From: Desulfobacterales bacterium
Lineage (GTDB): Bacteria > Desulfobacterota > Desulfobacteria > Desulfobacterales > JAAELO01
DNA: 64,000 bases
Assembly: GCA_024226555.1 (NCBI GenBank)
Contig: JAAELO010000754.1
Coordinates: forward strand, 41,222-105,221
Direction of reading: 5' to 3'
Shown here one piece after another: positions 1 to 8,335 of this stretch. Made by a program: the position numbers and the translations under genes. Under the pieces are notes generated by a model that saw only the letters and a program-made list of their open reading frames with translations, was not told the DNA's origin and searched no databases. The stretch's first letter is position 1. Each line of letters begins with the position of its first letter.

Positions 1-423
1 TGTATCAAATTTGTCTGCCAGATTTATTTTAAGCTGTTCATTCTCTTCCCTCAATTTGTAATAATCTGTTGCCCTTTTCAAAATAAGTTTTAGTTTCTCA
101 AAATCCAAAGGTTTTGTTAAATAATCATAGGCTCCTTTTCTCATAGCATCAACGGCAGTTTCAACTGATGAGAATGCAGTCATAATAATTACAGGTATTG
201 AAGGATTATATTTTTTAATTTCATAAAGCGCTTCAATTCCGGATACTGTAATCATTCTTATATCCATCAGAACAATATCGAAAGAATCCTGTTTAATCAT
301 TTCGATGGCAACACTACCATCATTTGCTTCAAAAATATCATATCCCCAACCCTTAACAAGGGTCTTAAGCATAGTTCTATGCCCGTCATCATCATCTACT
401 ATAAGAACTGATTTTTGTTCCAT
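1..423 (-). CDS. sigma-54-dependent response regulator (NtrC/ZraR/AtoC class); only the N-terminal receiver domain lies in the window and the gene continues past position 1
   Basis: Minus-strand ATG at 421-423 translates to MEQKSVLIVDDDDGHRTMLKTLVKGWGYDIF...FDIVLMDIRM...AFSSVETAVDAMRKGAYDYLTKPLDFEKL. This is a CheY-like receiver followed by the linker typical of NtrC-class activators. There is no stop before the window edge. It is directly downstream of the ZraS-like kinase on the same strand. Confidence 0.7.
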   Translation of the reverse strand, partial: MEQKSVLIVDDDDGHRTMLKTLVKGWGYDIFEANDGSVAIEMIKQDSFDIVLMDIRMITVSGIEALYEIKKYNPSIPVIIMTAFSSVETAVDAMRKGAYDYLTKPLDFEKLKLILKRATDYYKLREENEQLKINLADKFDT

Positions 424-524
424 TATTTTCCTAATTTGTATAAGGGAATCTCCAATAATTGCCCTTTGACCGAAATTCTTAAATTGTTTTAAAAGAGAAA
501 AAACAAAACAACATAATATCTTCA

Positions 525-587
525 AAAAAAACTGTAAACTTTATAAACGCTGTATTTCAATCAACAATCTAATTATTAGAGGTTCCC
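525..587 (-). repeat. partial MITE-like repeat (right-hand module plus TIR AATTATTAGAGGTTCCC)
   Basis: aaactgtaaactttataaacgctgtatttcaatcaacaatctaattattagaggttccc is near-identical to segments at 7496-7596, 34081-34165 and 48541-48604. Confidence 0.7.
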
Positions 588-2351
588 ATAAGGTAGATAT
601 ATACTAACTGTAGTCCCTTCATTCTCATTACTAATATATGTAATCTCTCCATCATGGGATTCAATTATATTATGAACAATTGCAAGACCAATACCCGTAC
701 CAGATGATTTAGTAGTATAGTAAGGATCAAAAATGTGTGACAGGTCTTTCTCTTTTATACCACAACCAGTATCCCTTATTTTTATTACCACACCTTTTTT
801 TGAACTTTTCTCAATAAGATCAACAGAAAGTTGTCCGTTCTCTTCCATCGATTCAATAGAGTTAATAAAAATATTAAGGTATACCTGACTCATTCTGTCG
901 GTATCTATCATAACATTCTGCATCTCGGATTTAACATTAAATGAAATCCCAATATTTTTAGCAGCAGCCTGCATCTCAATCAGTTTTAGAGAATCCTCTG
1001 TAAAACCTTTAATATTAATGTTTTTTTTCTCTATGGAAACAGGTTTTGCAAATTCAAGAAGTTGACCAACAACTCTGTTTAATCTCTCAGTTTCCTGGAT
1101 CATAATTCTTGCCGTTTCTTTATCTTCAGGAATATCTTTATATTTTTCCATAAAGTATGTTGCAAAACCTTTTACGGAACTTAGAGGGTTTCTTATTTCA
1201 TGGGCTACACCGGCTGCAAGACTTCCAACCGAAGCAAGTCGTTTACTCAGTTCAATCTCTTTTCTTAATTTATCAATCTCTCTCAAATCTTTTATTAATA
1301 AAATGTATCCGTGATTTTTTTCATTTTCCTGCATTAAGCTTGCAACGCTTACTTCAAGGGGTATAATAATTTCGTTAATATTACAAACTATCTCAGAATC
1401 AAGGATTTTTTCACCTTCACTGTCCAGTCTTTTAATTAGTTGATTAATCTCTGTTGGTAAAATATTAACATCCTCATTCAAATCTTTTATATCACCGAGG
1501 GAAAATAGAGATTCAGCCATTTGGTTAGATGCTACTATGTTTTTTTCATCATCAATATATAAAAGACCTATGGGCATATTATTAACAATGGTATCTGAAT
1601 ATGCTTTCATTTTTGTAAGAGATGCTTTTGTATTTCGATAATTCTGCATAACAAACAGTAATAAAATACCTGAGATCCCAACCAATAGTAATATAATTCC
1701 AATTATTATAGCCTGCTTTGTGTTGGCAGATCCGGCTTCAGTCGCTGAGCTCATATTCAAACCAACAAAAATAGTATAATCATTTGAATTTAAATTTATA
1801 TTTTTACCGATGTTTTCACCAAAGCACTGATACATCATTCTTCTTCTCATTTGGCCTCTTCCCAGACCCATTCCCCTTCCCCTGCCATGACCTTTACCTT
1901 TAAAGTGGTGATTGGAAGGAAGAAATTTACGATACACTTCAAATATTTTCTTATTGTTTTCAGACTCAACTATACGGTAATTTACTATATTTGGATTCAA
2001 ACCGGAGTGATGGTCATGTGTCTCTCCAATTCTTTCCTTATTACTATGGGATAGTATTTTTCCATTAAAGTCAGAAACGAGTAGATATTCAATATCCGGT
2101 TGTTTAGCTGTTTCTGTTAAAAGCCTTTGGAGTTGGTGGTTATTCCAGAATGTTCCCATCATACCTGTTCTGGTTCCTGCTTCAAAAGACCTTATTAAAG
2201 CAGCTCCTTTTTCAAGTAAAAGTTTTTCACTATTCTGTTTCTGGACCCATATGTTTCCCACTGTAATAAACCCAAATATTGGTAACATAACGAGAAATGC
2301 ACCAATAAGTATCCATGTTGGAATTTTTATGATCGATTCTTTTTTCTTCAT
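576..2351 (-). CDS. sensor histidine kinase, ZraS/HydH-like (periplasmic sensor, PAS, HisKA, HATPase)
   Basis: 591-aa ORF with an N-terminal TM segment. A second TM segment flanks a periplasmic domain carrying His/Gly/Arg-rich stretches (HDHHSG; NHHFKGKGHGRGRGMGLGRG). It has a PAS-like segment, the H-box LAAGVAHEIRNPLSSVKG, and G-boxes DTGCGI and GTGIGLAIV. It is paired with a downstream NtrC-class regulator. Confidence 0.8.
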   Translation of the reverse strand: MKKKESIIKIPTWILIGAFLVMLPIFGFITVGNIWVQKQNSEKLLLEKGAALIRSFEAGTRTGMMGTFWNNHQLQRLLTETAKQPDIEYLLVSDFNGKILSHSNKERIGETHDHHSGLNPNIVNYRIVESENNKKIFEVYRKFLPSNHHFKGKGHGRGRGMGLGRGQMRRRMMYQCFGENIGKNINLNSNDYTIFVGLNMSSATEAGSANTKQAIIIGIILLLVGISGILLLFVMQNYRNTKASLTKMKAYSDTIVNNMPIGLLYIDDEKNIVASNQMAESLFSLGDIKDLNEDVNILPTEINQLIKRLDSEGEKILDSEIVCNINEIIIPLEVSVASLMQENEKNHGYILLIKDLREIDKLRKEIELSKRLASVGSLAAGVAHEIRNPLSSVKGFATYFMEKYKDIPEDKETARIMIQETERLNRVVGQLLEFAKPVSIEKKNINIKGFTEDSLKLIEMQAAAKNIGISFNVKSEMQNVMIDTDRMSQVYLNIFINSIESMEENGQLSVDLIEKSSKKGVVIKIRDTGCGIKEKDLSHIFDPYYTTKSSGTGIGLAIVHNIIESHDGEITYISNENEGTTVSIYLPYGNL

Positions 2352-2364
2352 ATTATTTGATAGA

Positions 2365-2379
2365 GCAAATAAAGTGCCA
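2365..2379 (-). promoter_or_regulatory. candidate sigma-54 (-24/-12) promoter for the kinase/regulator operon
   Basis: The plus-strand sequence gcaaataaagtgcca reverse-complements to TGGCAC-TTTAT-TTGC, the canonical GG-N10-GC spacing. The caveat is that the -12 element lies only about 14 nt from the ATG at 2351, which implies a near-leaderless transcript. Confidence 0.3.
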
Positions 2380-2601
2380 GTTCGTTAATTATTTATTAAG
2401 AAAGCTATTAGTCGTATGGTTAACATATATCCAAATATTTGAACTATTCCAATATGTATACTTTCTACCCATATGTAACCTATAAACCCATGACAACATG
2501 TGTAAAAAGTATACACATTAATTATTTTAAAGTCTATTTATAAAGTCATTAATTCTACTGAAGTGTTATTTTATAAAGGTTTAAGATGCTTTTTCTTATA
2601 T

Positions 2602-2617
2602 TGGCACGTGCATTGCT
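2602..2617 (+). promoter_or_regulatory. sigma-54 (-24/-12) promoter upstream of the zraP-like gene
   Basis: TGGCACGTGCATTGCT is an exact match to TGGCACG-N4-TTGCW. It lies about 200 bp upstream of the 2815 start codon and is divergent from the sigma-54 regulator operon, as in enterobacterial zraP-zraSR. Confidence 0.55.
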
Positions 2618-2667
2618 ATTATAAATATTCAAGTTTGAATACAATTTCAATTTTTATAATAACTAAA

Positions 2668-2796
2668 GGGAACCTCTAATAATTAGAATTTTTGATGAAA
2701 TACAAGGCATTACAAAAAATAACGGACTGATTTTACAACAGTTTTTTTTGGGTAATAACGAAATATTTCGCAAAAAGAGCAGTTATTAGGGTTCCC
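2668..2796 (+). repeat. complete MITE-like repeat, module A type, located inside the 5'UTR of the zraP-like gene
   Basis: The left TIR GGGAACCTCTAATAATTAG is at 2668 and the right end CAGTTATTAGGGTTCCC is at 2780-2796. The interior is near-identical to 5491-5618, 43305-43431 and 52433-52551. Confidence 0.85.
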
Positions 2797-2814
2797 TTAA
2801 AAAGGGAGTTAATA

Positions 2815-3288
2815 ATGAAAACAACACTAAGTAAAGTATTAATAGTAACAGCTATAGTTTTTGTTGGCGCATATGCATATGCAGGTTGGGGAAATGGTCA
2901 TCATAGAGGATGGGGAAATAGTAACGGCTACCATATGGGTGGAGGCGGAAATTATGAATGTCCTAATTTTGCAGGTGGAAATGGACGTTTAAGTGATGCA
3001 GAGTATAACAAACTAAAAACTTTGAAAGAGAATTTTTATAACGATACAAAAGATATCAGAGAAGATCTTAATGAAAAGTCAGCTGCTTTGAGCAAAGAAT
3101 TTAATGCAGAAAATCCTGATAAGGGAATAATAAAGTCTCTTCAAAAAGAGATCTCAGCACTAAGCGCAAAGTTTGATCAGAAAGCTATTGAATTTAAGCT
3201 TGAAGCCAAGAAAATTAACCCGACTATGGGAACTGGAAGAGGTCACAGAGGTAGAGGCCCAGGTAATGGAACCGGTTGTTGGAGATAA
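2815..3288 (+). CDS. periplasmic CpxP/Spy/ZraP-family (LTXXQ-type) stress protein with Gly/His-rich termini
   Basis: It has a signal-peptide-like N-terminus (MKTTLSKVLIVTAIVFVGAYAYA) and Gly/His-rich segments (GWGNGHHRGWGN, GRGHRGRGPGNG). The helical core carries LTXXQ-like motifs (LSDAEYNKLKTL, SLQKEISALSAKF). A consensus RBS, AAAAAGGGAG, is present upstream. Confidence 0.65.
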   Translation: MKTTLSKVLIVTAIVFVGAYAYAGWGNGHHRGWGNSNGYHMGGGGNYECPNFAGGNGRLSDAEYNKLKTLKENFYNDTKDIREDLNEKSAALSKEFNAENPDKGIIKSLQKEISALSAKFDQKAIEFKLEAKKINPTMGTGRGHRGRGPGNGTGCWR

Positions 3289-3387
3289 CAAATAAAGGTT
3301 GCCCCTGATATCTATGTGATTATTAGAAAATATTTTCAGGGGTAACCATAAGATATCCCTTGGATCTTGAAAAAGATCTCCCCCAAA

Positions 3388-3420
3388 GGCAGGATATATT
3401 TAATATCCTGCCTTTTCTTT
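3388..3420. terminator. bidirectional rho-independent terminator shared by zraP-like (+) and hxlR-like (-)
   Basis: Hairpin ggcaggatat-attta-atatcctgcc (10-bp perfect stem, 3388-3412) followed by TTTTCTTT. It sits between two convergent stop codons. Confidence 0.55.
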
Positions 3421-3814
3421 AATCATCTATCTGTTCATAATCCTCATTACCTTCATAATATCTGGACAGATCAAACTCTTTTTCATATGTAATTCCCCAT
3501 TCCCTTAATTTTAGAAGTGCAGGCATAATTGTTTGACCAAAAGGAGTCAGAGAATACTCAACTTTTGGTGGAACCTGATTATACATTTTTCTCAAAACCA
3601 TATTATCCTTTTGAAGATCCTTTAGCTGTTGAGTAAGCATTTTTTCTGTGATATTGGGCATCTCTTTTTTCAATTCTCCATATCTGAGTATACCAGCTTT
3701 ACCAAGATGATATAGGATTATAGATTTCCATTTTCCACCTATTATCAGGAGAGCCAATTCAAAGTAACAGTGATATTTTTTGTCATGCATCTCTTTAATT
3801 TTACATTTTTTCAT
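3419..3814 (-). CDS. HxlR-family (DUF24) winged-helix transcriptional regulator
   Basis: 131 aa. MPNITEKMLTQQLKDLQKDNMVLRKMYNQVPPKVEYSLTPFGQ matches the HxlR recognition helix and wing. Confidence 0.8.
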   Translation of the reverse strand: MKKCKIKEMHDKKYHCYFELALLIIGGKWKSIILYHLGKAGILRYGELKKEMPNITEKMLTQQLKDLQKDNMVLRKMYNQVPPKVEYSLTPFGQTIMPALLKLREWGITYEKEFDLSRYYEGNEDYEQIDD

Positions 3815-4025
3815 TTTTTTTTCACCTTTTTATAACACTGATTAACATCATTATATACCAATAGGTATGTACCAGACATATTAGTGGGTACTTGATCTTA
3901 TGTTCGTTAAGTTTATCTTTATCATATCTTTTCTGACAGATCAACGCGCGAGATTTTCTGAAAAGTTATTAAGCTTTTGAAAATAAAAACAAAAACAGGC
4001 AACTAATAAAAAAAAGGAAACAAAA

Positions 4026-4574
4026 ATGAATGATATTTTAGAAGTAATTAAAAGCAGAAGAACAATACGTAAATACGAATCAAAGGTATTGGAGGCAGAG
4101 ATACTTACAAAAGTTTTAGAAGCAGTTCAGTATTCTCAATCATGGGGTAATAGTCAGTGTTGGGAGGTTGTGGTTATGGAGAATCCAGAGATCAGAAAAA
4201 AGATACAGGAAACAGTTCCTTCCAAAAATCCAAGCTACAGAGCTATTGTCGAATCATCTGTGCTTATTGCAATATGTGGAAAAAGCAAAACATCTGGTTT
4301 TTTCGGCGATGAACAAGGCTCTGCTCTAGGTGACTGGATGATGTACGATCTTGGGATTGCAACTCAAAACCTTTGCAATGAAGCTCATTAGTTGGGGTTA
4401 GGAACTTCTGTCGTTGGATGGTTTGATCAAACAAAAGCAAAAAAGATTATTAATGTTCCTGAGGGTTACGAACTGGTATCATTAATTCCCCTCGGATTTC
4501 CAGGACATAAAGGGAGCTCACCTGAGAGAAAAGAATTAAATGAATTTGTACATAGAGATACTTTTAGACAATAA
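4026..4574 (+). pseudogene. nitroreductase-family protein interrupted by a single in-frame TAG (4389-4391)
   Basis: The two ORFs 4026-4391 and 4392-4574 are in the same frame. The joined translation ...DLGIATQNLCNEAH*LGLGTSVVGWFD... is continuous with the nitroreductase core motif (AAHxLGLGxCxIGWFD). The N-terminus has the RRTIRKY FMN-site motif. Confidence 0.5.
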
Positions 4575-4619
4575 AATTTCGAATAAAAAATCACTTTTTT
4601 TTATCAAAAAGGGAATAAA

Positions 4620-5402
4620 ATGATGAAAACAAAATATTTATATTTTTCAATAATTATGATCACTTTACTATCAGGTTTTTTTACAATCACACTTGCATCG
4701 GAACTTAAAGTTACGGAAAGTTTCAAAGCAAAACCCCTGGTTCCAATAATTAATACCGCTTATCTTTTAGATAACAATCCTTCACTTAAAGCTTTTCTAA
4801 TGGCAAAGGTTAAAAAGAGTGAAATGATAAAAGGAAAACGTATTGCAATTCTTGCAACAGATGGGGTTGAAGAACTTGAATTAACTTCTTTCCTGAATTA
4901 CCTAAAAGCAAGAGGCGGTATTGTTGAAGTTATATCTACTAAATATTCTCCCTGGCCTGATCAATATGGAGTACAATATCCTGTTAGTAGAAGAGAGTAC
5001 ATCCAAACTGTCAGATTTATGCATAATGCAGGTTTGATAAAAATTGATCGTTTTATAACTGATGTTAAAGCTTCTGATTATGATGCTGTTATTATCCCAG
5101 GTGGGGCCTGGAGTCCTGATTTTCTGAGGAATAATAAAAATGTACTTACTTTTGTACAAGAGATGAATGATACAAAGAAACCTATCGCTTCGATTTGTCA
5201 TGGTCCATGGGTATTAATTAATGCGAAAGTTGTTAAGGGGCGTAAAATGACAGCATCCTGGAATATTTTTGAAGATCTGAAAAATGCTGGAGCAATTGTT
5301 AAAAACAAGGCATTGGTAGTTGACGGCAATATTATGACCAGTCGTTACCCCACTGACCTTGCTCAAATAATCTCTGAAACAGTGCGCCAGATAAAAAAAT
5401 AA
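4620..5402 (+). CDS. DJ-1/PfpI-family (class I glutamine amidotransferase-like) protein with N-terminal signal/TM segment
   Basis: KRIAILATDGVEELEL...ASICHGPWVL (nucleophile-elbow Cys)...VVDGNIMTSRYPTDL. A hydrophobic N-terminus precedes the domain. Confidence 0.75.
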   Translation: MMKTKYLYFSIIMITLLSGFFTITLASELKVTESFKAKPLVPIINTAYLLDNNPSLKAFLMAKVKKSEMIKGKRIAILATDGVEELELTSFLNYLKARGGIVEVISTKYSPWPDQYGVQYPVSRREYIQTVRFMHNAGLIKIDRFITDVKASDYDAVIIPGGAWSPDFLRNNKNVLTFVQEMNDTKKPIASICHGPWVLINAKVVKGRKMTASWNIFEDLKNAGAIVKNKALVVDGNIMTSRYPTDLAQIISETVRQIKK

Positions 5403-5490
5403 AGTATTTAGGGAACCCATAAAAAAAAAAGGTGCGTTTACCATTGAGGTAACACACCTTTTGAGTTTAAATATGTAAGAACTAATAATA

Positions 5491-5618
5491 GGGAACCTCT
5501 AATAATTAAAATTTTGGATGAAATATAAGGCATTTCAAAAAATAACGAGCCGATTTTATTACAGTTTTTTTTGGAAATAACAAAGTATTTCGCCAAAAGA
5601 GAGGTTATTAGAGATTCT
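5491..5618 (+). repeat. complete MITE-like repeat, module A type
   Basis: GGGAACCTCTAATAATTAAAATTTTGGATGAAATATAAGGCATTTCAAAAAATAACGAGCCGATTTTATTACAG...GAGGTTATTAGAGATTC. Confidence 0.85.
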
Positions 5619-5627
5619 CAATAACTG

Positions 5628-6365
5628 TTATAGACCATAACTCTTAAATATTTTTTTAAGAGTTCCATTTGATTTGATTTTTTTCAATCCTTTATTAAAT
5701 GCCATAATAATTGATCTGTGACTTGGATTTTTTAGTCCGCACGTAACATGCAAGCCTTTACTGGAGATATATTTTTTCGTGAACTCAATTTTACTCAAAA
5801 GTTTAGGTTCTTTTTTTGAAATTTGATTTTTTGCTACTATTTCATCTTCCAAAGTGAGGTCAATTCTTTTAGCAACTAACTTCCTGATATTAAGTATAAG
5901 ATTATTCACAGGGAAACGTTTGAAGTGTTTAGAATTCATAAATTCATCTCCATAACCATAGCCTCTTATAATGCCAACTTTTTTTCCTTTAAGGCTCTTT
6001 AACCCATTATATTCAAAGCCAGCACCTTTTCTTTTGATAAACTTAATCTTATTATATGCATAAGGTTTACTATATAATAAGTAACTCTTACGCTTATCTG
6101 TTTTCCATGTATTTGGTAAAATATCAATTTTACCTCTTTTAACCATTTGCTCAGCCCGTGACCATGGAATTATTTTATGTTTTAAAATATATCCCTGTGT
6201 TTTGAAAGCTGCTGTAACAACTTCAATTGTAATACCCATTTTGGGATGATCCGGATCAACAAAAGGAGGCCATGGATCTGACGCGGAAGTTACTATTTTG
6301 GTTTGTGCTGAACTGATTGTTACTGAGATAAAAAGAATAATTAAAACCAATGTTATTTTTTTCAT
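5628..6365 (-). CDS. secreted substrate-binding-protein-like (family 3 SBP fold) protein
   Basis: 245 aa with a signal peptide. The segment IRGYGYGDEF...RIDLTLEDEIVAKNQI is paralogous to the proteins at 6475-7215 and 54575-55315. Confidence 0.55.
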   Translation of the reverse strand: MKKITLVLIILFISVTISSAQTKIVTSASDPWPPFVDPDHPKMGITIEVVTAAFKTQGYILKHKIIPWSRAEQMVKRGKIDILPNTWKTDKRKSYLLYSKPYAYNKIKFIKRKGAGFEYNGLKSLKGKKVGIIRGYGYGDEFMNSKHFKRFPVNNLILNIRKLVAKRIDLTLEDEIVAKNQISKKEPKLLSKIEFTKKYISSKGLHVTCGLKNPSHRSIIMAFNKGLKKIKSNGTLKKIFKSYGL

Positions 6366-6474
6366 TTTATATCCTCAACTTTATAGTAAAAAAAACAGAA
6401 ATCTAAAAAATTCTGGTAACAGCTAAATTTGTGACAGGGCTATTAAAAAAAATAAAGTAATGCTTACTAAGTAT

Positions 6475-7215
6475 TTAACTTATGTTATGATAGACTAATA
6501 TTCTTTTAAATGTACCATCTTTTATGATCTCTTTTAGACCTTTGTTAAAGGCCTTTAATTTTTTTTGAGCACTTGTTGTATTTTTTGAAATACAAATATA
6601 TAATTTCAGGTCCTTCAATGGTGGATTTAAAAAATTGATCTTCCCTTTCATTTTAGGATTTCTATTAATAATACTATATCCAACAAATTTATCTGCAATG
6701 GCCAAATCTATTCTTTTCATTAACAGTTTCCTGAAATTGGTTTCATCTCCAACGACTGCCTCTTTTCTAATATAGTCTGCATTGTCAAACTCTTTTGTAT
6801 TCACATAGCCTCGAACTATTCCAATTCTATATGGTTTTAAATCTTCTATCTTTTTATAGGTAATGTTTCTGTACTTTAATTTAAAAAAACCCATGGGACC
6901 ACTAATAATTTTATCAGTGAAATATGATTTCTCCATTCTCTCTTTTGAGAAATATGCAGGGAAATAACCATCAAAATCACCCTCCTCAGCTTTTACAACT
7001 GCTCTTTTCCAGGGTCTGTATAGAAATTCAATTTTATAACCAGCTCTTTTAAAAGCTTCTCTAGTTATATGGGCAAGAAAACCTTCCTCTTTAAGATCTT
7101 CTCCTACGTACGGTTCCCAGTTCAATGTTGCTATCCTTATAGTCCCGGATATTGAGATATTGCAACCAAGATAAAAAATAATAGTTAAAATCAATAATAA
7201 TGGTATTCTTCGCAT
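6475..7215 (-). CDS. secreted substrate-binding-protein-like (family 3 SBP fold) protein, paralogue of 5628-6365
   Basis: 246 aa with a signal peptide. The segment IVRGYVNTKEF...RIDLAIADKFVGYSII matches the same fold. Confidence 0.55.
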   Translation of the reverse strand: MRRIPLLLILTIIFYLGCNISISGTIRIATLNWEPYVGEDLKEEGFLAHITREAFKRAGYKIEFLYRPWKRAVVKAEEGDFDGYFPAYFSKERMEKSYFTDKIISGPMGFFKLKYRNITYKKIEDLKPYRIGIVRGYVNTKEFDNADYIRKEAVVGDETNFRKLLMKRIDLAIADKFVGYSIINRNPKMKGKINFLNPPLKDLKLYICISKNTTSAQKKLKAFNKGLKEIIKDGTFKRILVYHNIS

Positions 7216-7417
7216 ATTAACCTCTGCTATTGAAAAGGCTATTTGTTGAATATAAATCTGAAATGATATTATATATAATAAAGGATTTGAAATATAAGGT
7301 CAACTAATAAAGCAAAGTAATACAATGTATATAGCTGTATTTATTGTTTATTTATGGTCGTGTTACTTTTCATTAGTCAAACGGTCAAAAAATATAATTG
7401 TTAGTATTTAAAACATT

Positions 7418-7621
7418 AGGGAACCTCTTAGGCTTTCATTTATCACTGTATATTTAAGGATGAATGCTTCGCATAACACAGAGTTTTACGAAAAAAGAAC
7501 TGTAAACTTTATAAAATTAAAGCTTTTTATAAACGAATCCCGTTATTTTTTGTTATGCCTTGTTTTTCATCAAAAATTCTAATTATTAGAGATTCCCATA
7601 ATCTAATTATTTGAGATTCCC
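7418..7621 (-). repeat. composite/nested repeat copies in inverted orientation (two AATTATT-GAGATTCCC ends at 7580-7596 and 7604-7620)
   Basis: GGGAACCTCTTAGG at 7418, then ...gaaaaaagaactgtaaactttataaaattaaagctttttataaacg...cgttattttttgttatgccttgtttttcatcaaaaattctaattattagagattccc, plus an extra terminal fragment. Confidence 0.75.
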
Positions 7622-7706
7622 GTTTGTGACACTCTCGTAAAACAGGGACAGTGTAAAGTAAGCGTCTGTTATTCTTTGCCTGTTCTTTCCAGAAGGCTTT
7701 AAAAAA

Positions 7707-8231
7707 TTAAAAATCAGGTTTAAACACTTTCATGAAATAATTATGATCAATCATTCCTACTCCCTGGGCAAGAGCATCAAATATATCGCTGTCTTCCCAC
7801 CCTGATTCCTTTAACTGATTAATATCCTTTTCAGATATGGATTCAGGACTGTCCATAGCTTTTAAAACAAATTTCAACATAAACAAATCATTCTCTTCCA
7901 GTAACGATTTTTCAGGATCATTATCCATCTTTGTAAAATCATTTTCGCAAGCCCCCTGCATTATTAGAAGGTTTTTATTGTGTTTACAGCAAAATTCATA
8001 ATTCAGATTTTTTGATACAAAATACCTTATATGTGCAAGTAATTCGAATGATAGATTTGGATGGTTTGAAAAGTATTTGTTTCTCGTAACCAACATATCA
8101 AACATTTTCGGACTTACACTTAATAGTCTGAATGGATTTGGAACTTTAATCCCTCTTTCCAAAAAAAGATCATACCCTTTTTTGATTTCTCCCTCTGCAT
8201 TTTCAGGTGCTATTGTATTAATAAGTGTCAT
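7707..8231 (-). CDS. carboxymuconolactone decarboxylase / AhpD-like family protein
   Basis: 174 aa, all-helical, with the CxxH-like segment (NYEFCCKHN) typical of AhpD-fold proteins. It is divergent from a LysR regulator. Confidence 0.5.
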   Translation of the reverse strand: MTLINTIAPENAEGEIKKGYDLFLERGIKVPNPFRLLSVSPKMFDMLVTRNKYFSNHPNLSFELLAHIRYFVSKNLNYEFCCKHNKNLLIMQGACENDFTKMDNDPEKSLLEENDLFMLKFVLKAMDSPESISEKDINQLKESGWEDSDIFDALAQGVGMIDHNYFMKVFKPDF

Positions 8232-8260
8232 TGCATACCTCCTTATGTCTTTTGTTTATA

Positions 8261-8275
8261 GGGAACCTCAAATAA
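8261..8275 (+). repeat. solo TIR fragment (GGGAACCTCAAATAA)
   Basis: An isolated match to the left TIR between the divergent AhpD-like and LysR genes. Confidence 0.45.
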
Positions 8276-8335
8276 ATTTTATTAACAAAAATACATCTGA
8301 ATATGATATAAGTAAAATCAATTAAATGAATAATA

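Noticed and set aside
1157-1366. Numerous 60-250-aa ORFs on the opposite strand of, or nested within, long well-supported genes, for example 1157-1366 +, 12114-12866 -, 33636-33974 -, 45599-45925 - and 56915-57634 -.
   Set aside because: They lie antisense to or inside genes with clear domain architecture, have low-complexity Ser/Ile/Phe-rich translations typical of AT-rich antisense frames, and have no RBS or motif support.
4389-4391. Reading the in-frame TAG of the nitroreductase as pyrrolysine.
   Set aside because: No pyl biosynthesis or tRNA-Pyl genes are visible in the window, and nitroreductases are not known Pyl proteins. A nonsense mutation or sequencing error is the simpler explanation, and the alternative is noted in the findings.
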